64,000 nucleotides of DNA from Thermoplasmata archaeon (GTDB taxonomy: Archaea; Thermoplasmatota; Thermoplasmata; Lutacidiplasmatales; SKW197). Where the stretch lies: positions 3,254-67,253 of the forward strand of contig JBMFNP010000003.1 of the NCBI GenBank assembly GCA_049970095.1. Reading direction: 5' to 3'. How positions within the stretch are numbered: the stretch's first letter is position 1; each line of letters opens with the position of its first letter. The notes below the pieces were generated by a model. It worked only from the letters and a program-made list of their open reading frames with translations, was not told the origin of the DNA and did not search any database. A program made the translations under genes and the position numbers. This document shows, piece by piece, positions 43,264 to 53,598 of this stretch.

Positions 43264-45249
43264 TTACTCCTCCTCGCTTTCATCAATAACATCCTCTTTA
43301 ACTTCCTCCTCGCTTTCTGATGTTTCTACATCCACTGGAACAAAATCCATTTTTATGTCCCAATCACCAGGCAAAGCCTCAGCACCCAGCACATGCACTG
43401 CATCAATACCTGAGATGTAATAATCAAAGCCCTCAAAATCCTCGTCCACATTCCTCACACAGAACTTCAGCTTCCAGGTTTTTGCTGGCTCTATTTTATC
43501 AATATTCCAGCCGATCTTTACATTATCTATGTTCTCACTGATTTCAGGTGCTGCACTTTCAACAATAAGCTCGCCCTCATCAATCTCGGTGTACACCCTG
43601 AAACTCTTTGTCTGAGCCATATAATTTGTAATTGTGAGCGTGATTTCTGCAATATTTTTCCTCAATTCTACACTTTCTTCAACATATACAACATCCATTA
43701 TCTTGGTAATTACTGGCTCAAGTGGAGGCACTGGTTTTCCAAGCATATTTGCGCTTTTTTCAGCTATTCGTGGCAGAATCTCCCTGATAATCTTGAATTT
43801 CTCCATTGACTTCTGCTTTCTTGCACTCTTGCTCAGATGCATCTTTAATCTTCGCCCACACTGCATAAGGGCAAGCTCAATTTCCTTTCCAATCTCTGGA
43901 ATATCTGCAATTGCCTCCTTCGCCTCAGAAGTAAATGGAATCTTGGTGGAACAAACATGAATGAGAATGATTGCTGGGCCCATAGGGATTCCCTTCCCAC
44001 CCCTCTGCTCAAGTCCATACCTTCGCCAGTCCACCCTTTCAACAGACAGAGTACAGAGACATGAACCTGGCTGGAATAGCAGGGGCACACGATTTGCATA
44101 TCTGAGAATCTGCACCGCCTGGTCTGCAGGAATTTCCCCACCGTAAACCATTCCCACCTCCACAATGAAGGGATTCCCCTGATAAACCCCTGGTGGACGG
44201 GTTACTGGTGGTGCATAAAAAGCAGGTTTTAGAGTTCCGAGCACATTTTTCAATCCCTTTCTTATTAATTTTTCGCCGATGGGTGAGAGGCATTCTGGAG
44301 ATGGTGGAAGAAGCTTCACATTTGAAAGTGCACTGATCAGGGCACACATCTCCTTTTCATTAAGGGTTTTTGGGTCTCTCTCTCCATCCAATCCCGTGAT
44401 TCCAAGCACTTCATCTGCTGCCCTCCTGCTCACTGAAGAAAACTCGGTAACCAAAAATTCTTTCAAAGTTTTTTTCTCTGATTCCTTCACCATTTTTGAC
44501 AGAATTCCAAGTTCCAGTCCATACGGATGAATTTTTATTTCCTTTGCTTTTACAGGCATTTCCTCGCTTGCCCTCTCAAAAACAATTCTGTTTCCATCTG
44601 GTTCAATCAATGTGATACGGGTGTGTGGATTCACGATTGCAGTATTTTTCAGATATTCTACAACTGACTGTTTGCCTCTAAAATATCTGCCTTTTAATTC
44701 AAGTTCCACACTGGTTCCATGTTCTCTGTCCCAGATAATCATATCCTTCCTTACAATCTCTGGCATGTTCTGTTTTGTGTCAATTTTTAGTTCAAAAACA
44801 TGTGCTGCATCTTCCTCTGCAATCTTTGAAATAACCTTTGTAGGTTTACCTGTTGTCAGTTGGGCATACAGCACTGCAGCAGAAATTCCAATTCCCTGCT
44901 GTCCCCTGCTCTGCCGCACTGCGTGGAACCTTGATCCATAAAGCAGTCTAGCAAATACATTTGGAATCTGCTTTTTCACAATCCCAGGACCGTTGTCTTC
45001 CACAAGGATACTATACACTTCTTCGCTCTTCTTCGTAATGCTCACCAGTATATCTGGTAGAATCTCAGCTTCCTCACAGGCATCAAGCGAATTATCAACT
45101 GCCTCCTTTATTGCTGTAAGTAGTGCACGATTTGGATTATCAAAACCAAGTATCTGGCGGTTCTTTTCAAAAAATTCAGCTACTGATATTTCCTTCTGTT
45201 TTTTTGCAAGTTCTTCTGCTATTCCCTTTTTCATCAACAGGAGAAACAC
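43264..45249 (-). CDS. top6B: DNA topoisomerase VI subunit B
   Basis: The GHKL ATPase Bergerat fold is present ('[15 protein letters not shown]', 'VEDNGPGI', 'LLYGSRFH...GQQGIGIS'). The transducer domain is present and the length is 661 aa. Confidence 0.85.
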   Translation of the reverse strand: MFLLLMKKGIAEELAKKQKEISVAEFFEKNRQILGFDNPNRALLTAIKEAVDNSLDACEEAEILPDILVSITKKSEEVYSILVEDNGPGIVKKQIPNVFARLLYGSRFHAVRQSRGQQGIGISAAVLYAQLTTGKPTKVISKIAEEDAAHVFELKIDTKQNMPEIVRKDMIIWDREHGTSVELELKGRYFRGKQSVVEYLKNTAIVNPHTRITLIEPDGNRIVFERASEEMPVKAKEIKIHPYGLELGILSKMVKESEKKTLKEFLVTEFSSVSRRAADEVLGITGLDGERDPKTLNEKEMCALISALSNVKLLPPSPECLSPIGEKLIRKGLKNVLGTLKPAFYAPPVTRPPGVYQGNPFIVEVGMVYGGEIPADQAVQILRYANRVPLLFQPGSCLCTLSVERVDWRRYGLEQRGGKGIPMGPAIILIHVCSTKIPFTSEAKEAIADIPEIGKEIELALMQCGRRLKMHLSKSARKQKSMEKFKIIREILPRIAEKSANMLGKPVPPLEPVITKIMDVVYVEESVELRKNIAEITLTITNYMAQTKSFRVYTEIDEGELIVESAAPEISENIDNVKIGWNIDKIEPAKTWKLKFCVRNVDEDFEGFDYYISGIDAVHVLGAEALPGDWDIKMDFVPVDVETSESEEEVKEDVIDESEEE

Positions 45250-45261
45250 ACACTGGGTATA

Positions 45262-46038
45262 TTACCTTATCCCCTCTTTTTTTAAAACCCTGTAAATGCC
45301 GGAACTGTACTGTGCTGCCTTCTTTTCCCGCATGCAAATCACATCTGGAAGTCCTGCAGCCCTTGCACATTCCCTCAGAATGTATTTTCTGATGCCATTC
45401 CTGAGTTTCAAAGATATGGGAAGTGTGTGTGCATATTCAACAACTCTCTCATCAAAGTATGGAGATTGAATTACCTTTCCAAGTGCCTTTGCAACCGCAA
45501 CCTCCAGTTCCCTTTCCCGCAGTGCCTTCTCAAAATCTGATGCAAGTGCTTTCTCAAGTGCTTCCACACTCATCTCTATGTAGCGATGATATCCAGCAAA
45601 CAATTCGTCTGCACCCTGCCCTGTGAGCAGTATCTCTTCATTCATCATCTTTAAAATAACATAAACTGGCAATTCATAACTCATCTTCAAAACTGAAGTG
45701 ATTCCTGATGCGATGCGGAACTCCCTTGCGAATTCCAGAACTTCCTCAGGGGAGAGTACAATTACCACATGGCTTATGCCAAGGAGTTTTGCAGCGTGTT
45801 TGCTCCATTCAATATCTGGTGCACCAGAAACCGCTACCGTATAACATTCTACATTTGCCTGCTTGCCTGCAAGAAATGCTATTAGTGCGGAATCAAGCCC
45901 ACCAGAAAACGCAACACCCACTGTTTTGTATCCCCTAATGCAGTTCAGCACACTCCATTCTATGCGAGTTAACAGATTGTTAATCTCCTCCATTAAAATC
46001 CCATATGCATGCCTGCAAAGCAATTTTGCTGCTTTCAA
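45262..46038 (-). CDS. PP-loop ATP pyrophosphatase, asparagine-synthetase-C-domain-like
   Basis: 'VGVAFSGGLDSALIAFLA' is the PP-loop SGGxDS. 'LTGQGADELFAGYHRY' matches the AsnB signature. There is no Gln-amidotransferase domain. Confidence 0.6.
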   Translation of the reverse strand: MKAAKLLCRHAYGILMEEINNLLTRIEWSVLNCIRGYKTVGVAFSGGLDSALIAFLAGKQANVECYTVAVSGAPDIEWSKHAAKLLGISHVVIVLSPEEVLEFAREFRIASGITSVLKMSYELPVYVILKMMNEEILLTGQGADELFAGYHRYIEMSVEALEKALASDFEKALRERELEVAVAKALGKVIQSPYFDERVVEYAHTLPISLKLRNGIRKYILRECARAAGLPDVICMREKKAAQYSSGIYRVLKKEGIR

Positions 46039-47389
46039 CTGGTGTGGGATATATGCCTGTTACACACCCAAGGCAGAGGTCCCTCTGTTCATGCTGCAAT
46101 GCCTCAACAAGTCCCTCGATCGTGATGTAGCCCACAGAGTCAGCACCAAGTTTTTCTGCAATTTCCTCTTCAGTTCTTCCTACAGCAATAAACTGCTCCC
46201 TTGTAGTCATATCAATTCCATAGAAACATGGTGCCACAATTGGAGGGGAGCCAACGCGCACATGCACCTCGGATGCTCCTGCATTTCTTAAGATCTGGAT
46301 AATGCTTCTCATGGTGGTGCCCCTCACAATACTATCATCTACAAGAACCACTTTTTTTCCTTCCACAATGTCCTTTATAGGGTTGAGCTTCTCTCTCACA
46401 TTCATTTCTCTTTTTTCCTGTTTTGGCAGTATAAATGTTCTGGCTATATATCTGTTCTTTATCAATCCCTCGTTGTAGTGAATGCCTGATGCTCTGGAAT
46501 ACCCGAATGCGTGTGCCCTGCCAGAATCAGGTACAGGAATTACCACATCTGCATTAACTGGCTTTTCCTTTGCAAGTCGCCATCCAATTCTTCGCCTGAT
46601 TTCATAAACACTTCTTCCATTCATAATTGAATCTGCCCTGGCAAAGTAAGTATATTCAAAGAAACAGAACGCCCTTCTGCCAGATACCGCAATTTTATAG
46701 CACTCAAATCCATCTGGCTTGAGTTCTACAAGTTCGCCCGGCTCAATTTCTCTAAGAAGCTGAGCATCATTCACATCAAGGGCTGCACTTTCAGAGGCGG
46801 CAATTGTGCATCCTTCACCCTTCCCAATACACAATGGTCTAAGTCCCAGCGGATCCCGAAGTGCAAAAACCCTGGAATTCCAGAGGATAGTGAGGGCATA
46901 ACTCCCATTAAGCACCCGTACCAGACTTTTGAATGCCCTAAGAAGGTTCCTGTGTTTCAGATATTCGTCAGAAAGTAGAAAGGCAATGCTTTCCTCTTCA
47001 CTATCTTTCTGATAGCAATGCCCTTTTGCTTTCAATTTTTCCTTGAGTATTTCCGCATTTGTTATTATCCCGTTGTGGGCAACAGCAATTTCCCCAGCAG
47101 GTGTGTGAATCACATGTGGCTGTGCATTCTCAGGTACAGAGATTCTAATTGAATAGTAGTCATGCCCAATGCCCTTCTTTCCCTCAAGCGCCTTCAATTT
47201 CTCATCGTCAAATATGCTATCAACAAGCCCCAGCCCCTTGACAGTTTTTATTTTTTCATTGAATATTGAGATCCCAGCACCTTCCTGTCCTCTATGCTGA
47301 AGTGCCCTCAAACATCTGTATAGGATATAACTTGCAATTCCTTCATTACATGCGGTTGCTGCCACACCACATTTTTCATGCAGTGGCAT
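45980..47389 (-). CDS. purF: amidophosphoribosyltransferase
   Basis: The Ntn-hydrolase Cys follows a short propeptide ('MPLHEKCGVAA'). 'RGQEGAGI' is present. The PRTase motif is 'VVLVDDSIVRGTT'. Confidence 0.85.
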   Translation of the reverse strand: MPLHEKCGVAATACNEGIASYILYRCLRALQHRGQEGAGISIFNEKIKTVKGLGLVDSIFDDEKLKALEGKKGIGHDYYSIRISVPENAQPHVIHTPAGEIAVAHNGIITNAEILKEKLKAKGHCYQKDSEEESIAFLLSDEYLKHRNLLRAFKSLVRVLNGSYALTILWNSRVFALRDPLGLRPLCIGKGEGCTIAASESAALDVNDAQLLREIEPGELVELKPDGFECYKIAVSGRRAFCFFEYTYFARADSIMNGRSVYEIRRRIGWRLAKEKPVNADVVIPVPDSGRAHAFGYSRASGIHYNEGLIKNRYIARTFILPKQEKREMNVREKLNPIKDIVEGKKVVLVDDSIVRGTTMRSIIQILRNAGASEVHVRVGSPPIVAPCFYGIDMTTREQFIAVGRTEEEIAEKLGADSVGYITIEGLVEALQHEQRDLCLGCVTGIYPTPVESSKIALQACIWDFNGGD

Positions 47390-47390
47390 T

Positions 47391-47552
47391 TCAACGCGCC
47401 TTTTGCCATGCGTATTTTCTTAATTTAGTGGTTTCGCCATAGCCACAGTGGGCACATTTTTTCTTTGTAATGTGATATGCATGATGTCCGCATCTGCGAC
47501 ACCGAATATGTGTCTTCCTTCCGCCTTTCTTCGAAGGTGTACCTTTTGTCAT
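47391..47552 (-). CDS. rpl37e: 50S ribosomal protein L37e (53 aa; absent from the supplied ORF track because it is shorter than 60 aa)
   Basis: The reverse-strand translation is 'MTKGTPSKKGGRKTHIRCRRCGHHAYHITKKKCAHCGYGETTKLRKYAWQKAR', a C4 zinc-ribbon eL37 signature. It is adjacent to the Sm gene, which is a conserved archaeal pair. Confidence 0.85.
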   Translation of the reverse strand: MTKGTPSKKGGRKTHIRCRRCGHHAYHITKKKCAHCGYGETTKLRKYAWQKAR

Positions 47553-47568
47553 TCACATCACCAGGGAA

Positions 47569-47796
47569 TTATGGAGAAATGAAAATCACATTGTCTCCAC
47601 GTACCAGTGCCAGGGGGCATTTCCTGATTACTTCGTTGTTCACAATTTCCTCTGCATTTTTAAGTACGAGATTCATATGGGGGTCGTAGCCCTCAAGAAT
47701 CCCCCTGTATGCTCTGCTACCCTTTAATTCAACCATCACAGGTTTTGTAAGTGCCTGGTTCAGCATTCCTAGCGGTTTCAGCATAGTACCCACCAT
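47569..47796 (-). CDS. Sm-like archaeal protein (LSm/SmAP)
   Basis: Sm1 and Sm2 motifs are present ('VMVELKGSRAYRGILEGYDPHMNLVLKNAEE', 'IRGDNVIFISP'). Confidence 0.85.
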   Translation of the reverse strand: MVGTMLKPLGMLNQALTKPVMVELKGSRAYRGILEGYDPHMNLVLKNAEEIVNNEVIRKCPLALVRGDNVIFISP

Positions 47797-47927
47797 CCTG
47801 TAAGAATAAGGCAGGTTATACTTAAATTTATTTATTGGGTGAAGACATAAATTTTGTTTGGAGTTCCAAATCAGAGTTTGCTCTGCACAACATAAACATT
47901 ATTACCCCTCACATATTTCCCTGAAAT

Positions 47928-48431
47928 ATGGAAAGCTATGTAGAGATTGAGGGCATCTTCAGGGATTTAAGGTTTTCAGCATGTCATTTCATACCAGGGC
48001 ATGATAAATGCTCTAAATTACACGGGCATGACTATCAACTGAATATCAAAATATATGGAACAAAAGATGAAAATGGCATGATCCTTGATTTCACACACCT
48101 AAAAGAGATTATCAGAGAGATAATTTCCATCCATGACCACAGAGTGCTCCTTCCTGCAAAAAGCAGAGCAATGACGATTGAAAGAAAAGGAAAGGAAATC
48201 TCTGTTATGCATAGCGGGAGACATTATCTGTTTCCTGCTGAAGATTGTGTTTTCTGCGACATTGAAAATATCACTGCAGAATTGCTCTCCGAGTATTTTT
48301 GCCAGTTGCTATGTGAGAAAATTGGTAATGTGGGCAACATAGAGGCAATCAGCTGCGGGATTGCAGAAGGCACAGGACAGATTGCATGGTGCACAAAGAA
48401 AGTTAAAAATATGCGGGAAGTGAAAACATGA
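47928..48431 (+). CDS. queD: 6-carboxy-5,6,7,8-tetrahydropterin synthase (PTPS family, QueD-type)
   Basis: 'CHFIPGHDKCSKLHGHDY' is the CxxxHGH zinc/catalytic motif. It is immediately followed by queE. Confidence 0.75.
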   Translation: MESYVEIEGIFRDLRFSACHFIPGHDKCSKLHGHDYQLNIKIYGTKDENGMILDFTHLKEIIREIISIHDHRVLLPAKSRAMTIERKGKEISVMHSGRHYLFPAEDCVFCDIENITAELLSEYFCQLLCEKIGNVGNIEAISCGIAEGTGQIAWCTKKVKNMREVKT

Positions 48432-49057
48432 GAATAAATGAAATCTTTTTTTCTATCCAGGGAGAAGGAATAAACATAGGAATTCCAATGGTTTTTGTTA
48501 GAGTTACTGGGTGCAACCTAAGGTGCAGGTGGTGCGATACCACATATGCATTTGATGAAGGCACAGAAATGCGAATTGAGGAAATCGTGAACAAAGTGGA
48601 GGAGTTTGGTGTAAACCGAGTGTGCATAACAGGGGGTGAACCCCTCTTGCATAAAGATATAACAAAATTAATCACCAGATTTATTGATGCTGGCTATTTT
48701 GTGCAGGTGCAAACAAATGGCTCCAAGACAATTCAAGAAATGCCTTGCGAGGAAAATCTGTGTATCTCAATGGATATAAAATGTCCCTCATCAGGAATGC
48801 AGGATAAAATGAATTTTGATAACATTGAACTTCTCTCCCCATTTGATGAACTCAAATTTGTGATTGCTGATGAAAATGATTACAATTACGCACTCCAGGT
48901 ACTTGAGAAATACCAGCCAAAGACCAACATTGTATTTCAGCCTGTATATGGTACAGATATACGAATGATTGCGGATGAAGTGTTAAATAAAAAATTGAAT
49001 GTGCGTGTTTTGCCCCAGCTCCACAAATACATCTGGGGGGACATCAGAGGAAAGTAA
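48428..49057 (+). CDS. queE: 7-carboxy-7-deazaguanine synthase (radical SAM)
   Basis: 'VFVRVTGCNLRCRWCDTTYAF' is the QueE-type CxxxCxxC with the conserved flanks. Confidence 0.85.
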   Translation: MRINEIFFSIQGEGINIGIPMVFVRVTGCNLRCRWCDTTYAFDEGTEMRIEEIVNKVEEFGVNRVCITGGEPLLHKDITKLITRFIDAGYFVQVQTNGSKTIQEMPCEENLCISMDIKCPSSGMQDKMNFDNIELLSPFDELKFVIADENDYNYALQVLEKYQPKTNIVFQPVYGTDIRMIADEVLNKKLNVRVLPQLHKYIWGDIRGK

Positions 49058-49083
49058 TTGAGGAAATGGAAGGAGGTATTTGA

Positions 49084-50025
49084 ATGAGTATAATGGTTAC
49101 GGGCGCAGAAGGTTTCATAGGAAAATACCTGGTGAAAATGCTGGCAGATGATGGAAACACCGTGATTGCCACATGGTATGACGAACATAATGCAGAAGAA
49201 ATTCCAGATGCAGAAAATATCCGGAAACTTAGATGCGATGTGCGGAGCAAAAAAACTCTAGAAAAAATCATTGGAAAATATGCACCTGAATATGTTTATC
49301 ATCTTGCAGCCCAGAGCTTTCCAACAAAATCATGGGAAGACCCCTGGTACACAATGGATGTAAATATAACAGGTACAATCAATCTCTTTGAAGCCCTTAA
49401 AGTCTTAAGATGTGATGCAAAGGTGTTTGTGGCATGCTCCAGTGCAGAGTACGGTTTCGTAGAAGCAGATGAAATTCCTGTGAAAGAAACACACCTGCTT
49501 CAGCCCCTTCATCCATACGGGGTAAGCAAGGTAGCACAGGACTTACTGGCATACCAGTACTATAAGAATTTCGGCATAAGGTGCAGCAGGGGAAGGATTT
49601 TTAATACCACTGGCCCTGGCAAGACAAATGATGCACCAAATGATTTTGCAACCCAGATTGTGGAAATAGAGAAAGGCAGGAGAGAAAAAATTTTTGTAGG
49701 AAATCTCCAAACAGAACGGGACTTCACAGATGTAAGGGATATGGTAAAAGCAATTGTTGCCTCAACTGTGAAAGGAAAGGATGGAGAGGTGTACAATCTC
49801 TGTAGCAGCAGAGCAATAAAAATTCAGAACATTCTGGACACGCTTCTTACTCTCGCAAACACAAGGATAGAAGTTGTGGTTGATGAAAAGAAACTGCGCC
49901 CCTCCGATGAGAAAATAATTTTAGGTGATAACTCAAAACTAATCGCAGACACTGGCTGGAAACCAGAAATCCCAATGTATCGCACCCTAGCTGACATTTT
50001 GAATTACTGGCGTGAGAAACTCTAA
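49084..50025 (+). CDS. NAD-dependent sugar-nucleotide epimerase/dehydratase (extended SDR)
   Basis: 'MVTGAEGFIGKYL' is the GxxGxxG motif. The catalytic YxxxK is 'YGVSK'. An SD-like GGAGG lies upstream. Confidence 0.8.
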   Translation: MSIMVTGAEGFIGKYLVKMLADDGNTVIATWYDEHNAEEIPDAENIRKLRCDVRSKKTLEKIIGKYAPEYVYHLAAQSFPTKSWEDPWYTMDVNITGTINLFEALKVLRCDAKVFVACSSAEYGFVEADEIPVKETHLLQPLHPYGVSKVAQDLLAYQYYKNFGIRCSRGRIFNTTGPGKTNDAPNDFATQIVEIEKGRREKIFVGNLQTERDFTDVRDMVKAIVASTVKGKDGEVYNLCSSRAIKIQNILDTLLTLANTRIEVVVDEKKLRPSDEKIILGDNSKLIADTGWKPEIPMYRTLADILNYWREKL

Positions 50026-50089
50026 CTTTGTGCGGAACATATTAAATATTCCTTTTTCATTATCTCTTGAAAGTAATGAGTGTGTGACC

Positions 50090-51472
50090 ATGGTAAATGT
50101 GTGCCCAGTGTGCGGAAGCGAAAATCCAGATGATGCAGATGTCTGCCAGAGTTGCAATATTCGTCTCAAGGCAATCCTCAAATCAAAATCAAATTCCACC
50201 ACGGATGCAGAAATAGATACACTGGTAAAATCAATCCTTGTGAAAAGGGAGGTTTCTGATAGGGGAAAGAGGGAGACAAAGCCTGAGCCATTGGTATCAA
50301 AAAAAAGAGAACTTGAAATTCCTCTCCCCCAGGAAAGATTATCAGAAAAACCATCTGAAGAAGAGAGCACTTTCAGGTGTCCCACATGCAATTCAAAGGT
50401 GCCTGCAAATGCTGCAAGATGCGAAAAATGTGGAACCCTGTTCAAGGATGAAGAAAATGCATTTCACTGTCCCATCTGCAACACCCTTCTTCCATACGCT
50501 ACCACTGTGTGCCCAAAATGTCATGCTGAGTTTGGGGAAGCACATGTACAAAAACCCGAAAAACAGATGCCACCAGAATCCGCAAAAATCCCAGAGGGCA
50601 CACAAGTTCCCGCACCCACACCTGCGGCAAAACCATTGTCTGAACAAACTGGCAAGGGGCCGCATCCCTCTCAGTTGATTATAGATACCACACTCAAACC
50701 TGCTCCCGCATCCCTTCCTGCCCAAACACCAGCAGCGCCAGCTGCACCAAGGGCACCAACTATAACACCAGAAATCTCCGAAGAAGTAAAAATCTCATTT
50801 CTCAAAAGATATTTTGTTGACATCCTCACCATCGTTTCCGTGTGTATTTTGATAGGCATCTTTGCAGGATTCAGAATGTGGGAACTTTCAGATATGTTCT
50901 GGATTGGCTTTGTGGTTCTTCTCGCTGTTGGTGCTTTCCTTTCTTCATTAATCTTTGTAATAATCAATCGCGCTAGCATGGAAATCATTACCGGGGACAG
51001 ATTACTCCACCAGCACAAATACCAGGAGGCTATCAGGCATTATGACAGTGCAATAAAACTGGGCTTGAACCTCACGGTTGCCTGGACAAATAAAGGTGTG
51101 GCTTACAAGAAACTCAGACGCTATGCAGAAGCACTCGCATGCTTTAACTGTGCAATTCAGTTAGATCCAAAAAATGAGGTGGCATGGACAAACAAGGGAG
51201 ACATTTATTTCAAGATGGGAAAATTCAATGACGCAATCAGGTGCTACCAGGAAGCTGTGAGCATAAATCCAAAATATGAAGTTGCCTGGAATAATCTCGG
51301 AGTTGCAAATGAGCGGATCGGTGCATTTAAAGAGGCGGAACGCTGTTACAATACCGCAATTAAACTCAAACCAAACTATCGCTCTGCCTACCTGAACAAA
51401 GGGGACTTGCTTTCAAAGACCGGGAGGGATGCGGAAGCCTATCAGTGCTATAGAAATGCTGGCGTGATGTAA
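50090..51472 (+). CDS. membrane protein with three N-terminal zinc ribbons, Pro/Ala-rich linker, TM segment and C-terminal TPR repeats
   Basis: The Zn ribbons are 'CPVCGS...CQSCN', 'CPTCNS...CEKCG' and 'CPICNT...CPKCH'. 'AWTNKGVAYKKLRRYAEALACFNCAIQLDPKN' and the following 34-aa repeats are TPR. The ATG at 50090 is preferred over the track start at 50012. Confidence 0.6.
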   Translation: MVNVCPVCGSENPDDADVCQSCNIRLKAILKSKSNSTTDAEIDTLVKSILVKREVSDRGKRETKPEPLVSKKRELEIPLPQERLSEKPSEEESTFRCPTCNSKVPANAARCEKCGTLFKDEENAFHCPICNTLLPYATTVCPKCHAEFGEAHVQKPEKQMPPESAKIPEGTQVPAPTPAAKPLSEQTGKGPHPSQLIIDTTLKPAPASLPAQTPAAPAAPRAPTITPEISEEVKISFLKRYFVDILTIVSVCILIGIFAGFRMWELSDMFWIGFVVLLAVGAFLSSLIFVIINRASMEIITGDRLLHQHKYQEAIRHYDSAIKLGLNLTVAWTNKGVAYKKLRRYAEALACFNCAIQLDPKNEVAWTNKGDIYFKMGKFNDAIRCYQEAVSINPKYEVAWNNLGVANERIGAFKEAERCYNTAIKLKPNYRSAYLNKGDLLSKTGRDAEAYQCYRNAGVM

Positions 51473-51473
51473 T

Positions 51474-53450
51474 TTAACCCTTTATTTGTTCCAGTTTTTT
51501 CAATGCACCTCTGTGTTCTGGCCTTATCTTTAATACATTTTTAAAACACTTCTCTGCATTTTCTTTGTTTCCTGTTTCCAGATAAACTGAACCCATCAGA
51601 TACCAGTAAATTTCGCTGTACTGGAACTCTTTGCCCATTTTTTTGAGTTCATTTTCACATTTTGCAAAATCTCTTTTGGCGTACAGAGTAATACACCTTT
51701 TCAGTAAAAGTGAGCGGCTATATGGAAACTTTCGTATGAGTGTGTCCATCAGTTTTTCCGCCTCTTCAAAATCTCCCATATAAAACTTTGCATTTTCCTT
51801 TCCAAAAATCGCTGGGATGCTGTTTGTGTGTGAAAGCACCTGGGTAAATGCAGCATCTGCATCTCTGTGCTTTCCATTTGCAGAATACACATAACCGCTT
51901 ACCAATGCAAACCATGGGCTGGCTTTTGTTTCCTTTCCTTCAAGGAGATGTTCTGCTTTGCTAATTTCCCCCTTTTTAAGTAGTTCCCAGGCGCTGACAA
52001 TATCATCTGAAGTTGCTGATACTGATTTTTCTGGTATGCCCTCTCCTTTTGCAATTGCTGACACAAGGGCTGCAACTCCTATGGGTGCCTTTGGCTTCAA
52101 CTCCTGCTCTTCTTTTACTCCTTCTTTTTCCCCCAAAATTTCAATTTCTGTTTTTCTCCTCTCGGAAATGCCTGCACCCAACAATTTTGTGTCTTCCGTT
52201 AGTGGGATTCTGGTTTTATCGCCAATCTGGGAGAATTTTCTTTTTGCCTCTCTCAGCCCTTCTTTTGATTCCTTGAGGTCAGGCTTTATTTTCAATGCCT
52301 CTTCAAAACACTGGATTGCCTGAGAGTATGCGCCTGCATTCATTGCAGCAATTCCTGCCAGGTGCCAGCCCTTGGAAGAATCCTTATTTTTTAACAGATA
52401 TTTTCGGAATGTTCTGTAAGCCTCTTCGTGTTTGCCCATCTCGTTGTAAAGCATACCCATGTTAAGAAGTGTGTCCACATGCTCGGGTGCCACAGCAAGG
52501 ACTTTCTTGTAATTTGAAAGTGCTTCCTCAATTTTAGAGAGTTTTTTTTGTGCAGTGGCTAAATTATTCAGATAATCAGGATTATCTGGTAAAATTTTTA
52601 CAGCCCTTTCAAAGCAGTATGCCGCGTTCTCATACTTTTCTTTGATAAAGTACACAATACCCATATTGTTCCATGCCTTGTCAAATTTTTTGTTAATTGC
52701 TAAAATCTTTGTGTAGCATTCCAGTTCTTCATCATATCTTTCAAGCCTATGAAGCATGTCTGCATATTCAAACCAGAGTTCATAATCTTCAGGAAGATTT
52801 GCAAGTGCCCTTCTATAAATTTCTATGGCACTTTCTGTCTCTCCCATTGCTTCATATGTCTTTGCCTTCATAATTATTGCACGGTCATAATTGGGTTTGA
52901 GTTTAAGTACCTCGTCGAAAAATTGGTTTGCCTTCTCAAATTCTTTTTTTTCATACAGTTTCATTCCGTTTTTCATGTATTTTTCAAGGGTGGCTGTGCT
53001 GGGCAGTGCACTTTCTGCAACCTTAGGCTTGAAATTTTTTTCACTCAGAACTTCTCTGAGGGGTAACTCTGCGCTGACCTCTATCCCCTGCTCTTCAAGG
53101 AACTCAACGAGTTCGCTGCCAGCAACTATTCTTATATTCTCGTCTGGGATTTTTTTCTCAACATTTCCAAGTGAAATTATTATTGCATTTGCATTTTCCT
53201 TTTTTACAACCTCGCGAAATGCGGAGAGAAAATCAGCATTCAGTGCTGCACCAGAATGAAACACAAGCACAAAGGGCAAGTCCTTTCCCTCGCTCTGAAT
53301 TTTCCCTGTTAATTCTATGAATTCGCCTTTGGTAAATGTGGTTTCAATTTTCATTCCGAGGCTGTTTGCCACCCTGTGTGCAACCTTCTGCAGTTCAGAT
53401 ACTGGCATTTTCCTGAGAGCCTCTATCTTATTTTCAATGCTCATCCGCAA
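51474..53450 (-). CDS. TPR-repeat protein (about 10 TPR units) with distinct N-terminal 120-aa domain
   Basis: There are multiple 'A...Y.......A...Y...L...P' 34-aa repeats. The N-terminal 'FVLVFHSGAALNADF...ANAIIISLG' is a non-TPR alpha/beta domain. It is convergent with the upstream TPR gene, with a 1-nt gap. Confidence 0.65.
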   Translation of the reverse strand: MRMSIENKIEALRKMPVSELQKVAHRVANSLGMKIETTFTKGEFIELTGKIQSEGKDLPFVLVFHSGAALNADFLSAFREVVKKENANAIIISLGNVEKKIPDENIRIVAGSELVEFLEEQGIEVSAELPLREVLSEKNFKPKVAESALPSTATLEKYMKNGMKLYEKKEFEKANQFFDEVLKLKPNYDRAIIMKAKTYEAMGETESAIEIYRRALANLPEDYELWFEYADMLHRLERYDEELECYTKILAINKKFDKAWNNMGIVYFIKEKYENAAYCFERAVKILPDNPDYLNNLATAQKKLSKIEEALSNYKKVLAVAPEHVDTLLNMGMLYNEMGKHEEAYRTFRKYLLKNKDSSKGWHLAGIAAMNAGAYSQAIQCFEEALKIKPDLKESKEGLREAKRKFSQIGDKTRIPLTEDTKLLGAGISERRKTEIEILGEKEGVKEEQELKPKAPIGVAALVSAIAKGEGIPEKSVSATSDDIVSAWELLKKGEISKAEHLLEGKETKASPWFALVSGYVYSANGKHRDADAAFTQVLSHTNSIPAIFGKENAKFYMGDFEEAEKLMDTLIRKFPYSRSLLLKRCITLYAKRDFAKCENELKKMGKEFQYSEIYWYLMGSVYLETGNKENAEKCFKNVLKIRPEHRGALKKLEQIKG

Positions 53451-53482
53451 CCCTATCTGTCATGAGGGATAAATATCTTACG

Positions 53483-53507
53483 AGGGGAGGGGGCAAGCCC
53501 CTCCCCT
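53483..53507. other. perfect 10-bp GC hairpin (AGGGGAGGGG-gcaag-CCCCTCCCCT) within a roughly 110-bp GC-rich island
   Basis: It lies in the divergent intergenic region between the TPR gene start (53450) and the beta-helix gene start (53599). The surrounding genome is AT-rich. Confidence 0.5.
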
Positions 53508-53598
53508 TACGGTAACCTCTCCCCCCCACGGAAGTCCCTCTGGCACTCTCAACCGCTAGGTTTATTTTGTATGAGTACATACTCCACATGGTGATTGA

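Noticed and set aside
53460-53570. GC-rich island as a tRNA or box C/D sRNA
   Set aside because: No acceptor/T-arm complementarity and no RUGAUGA/CUGA box pair were found. It is kept only as an unexplained hairpin.
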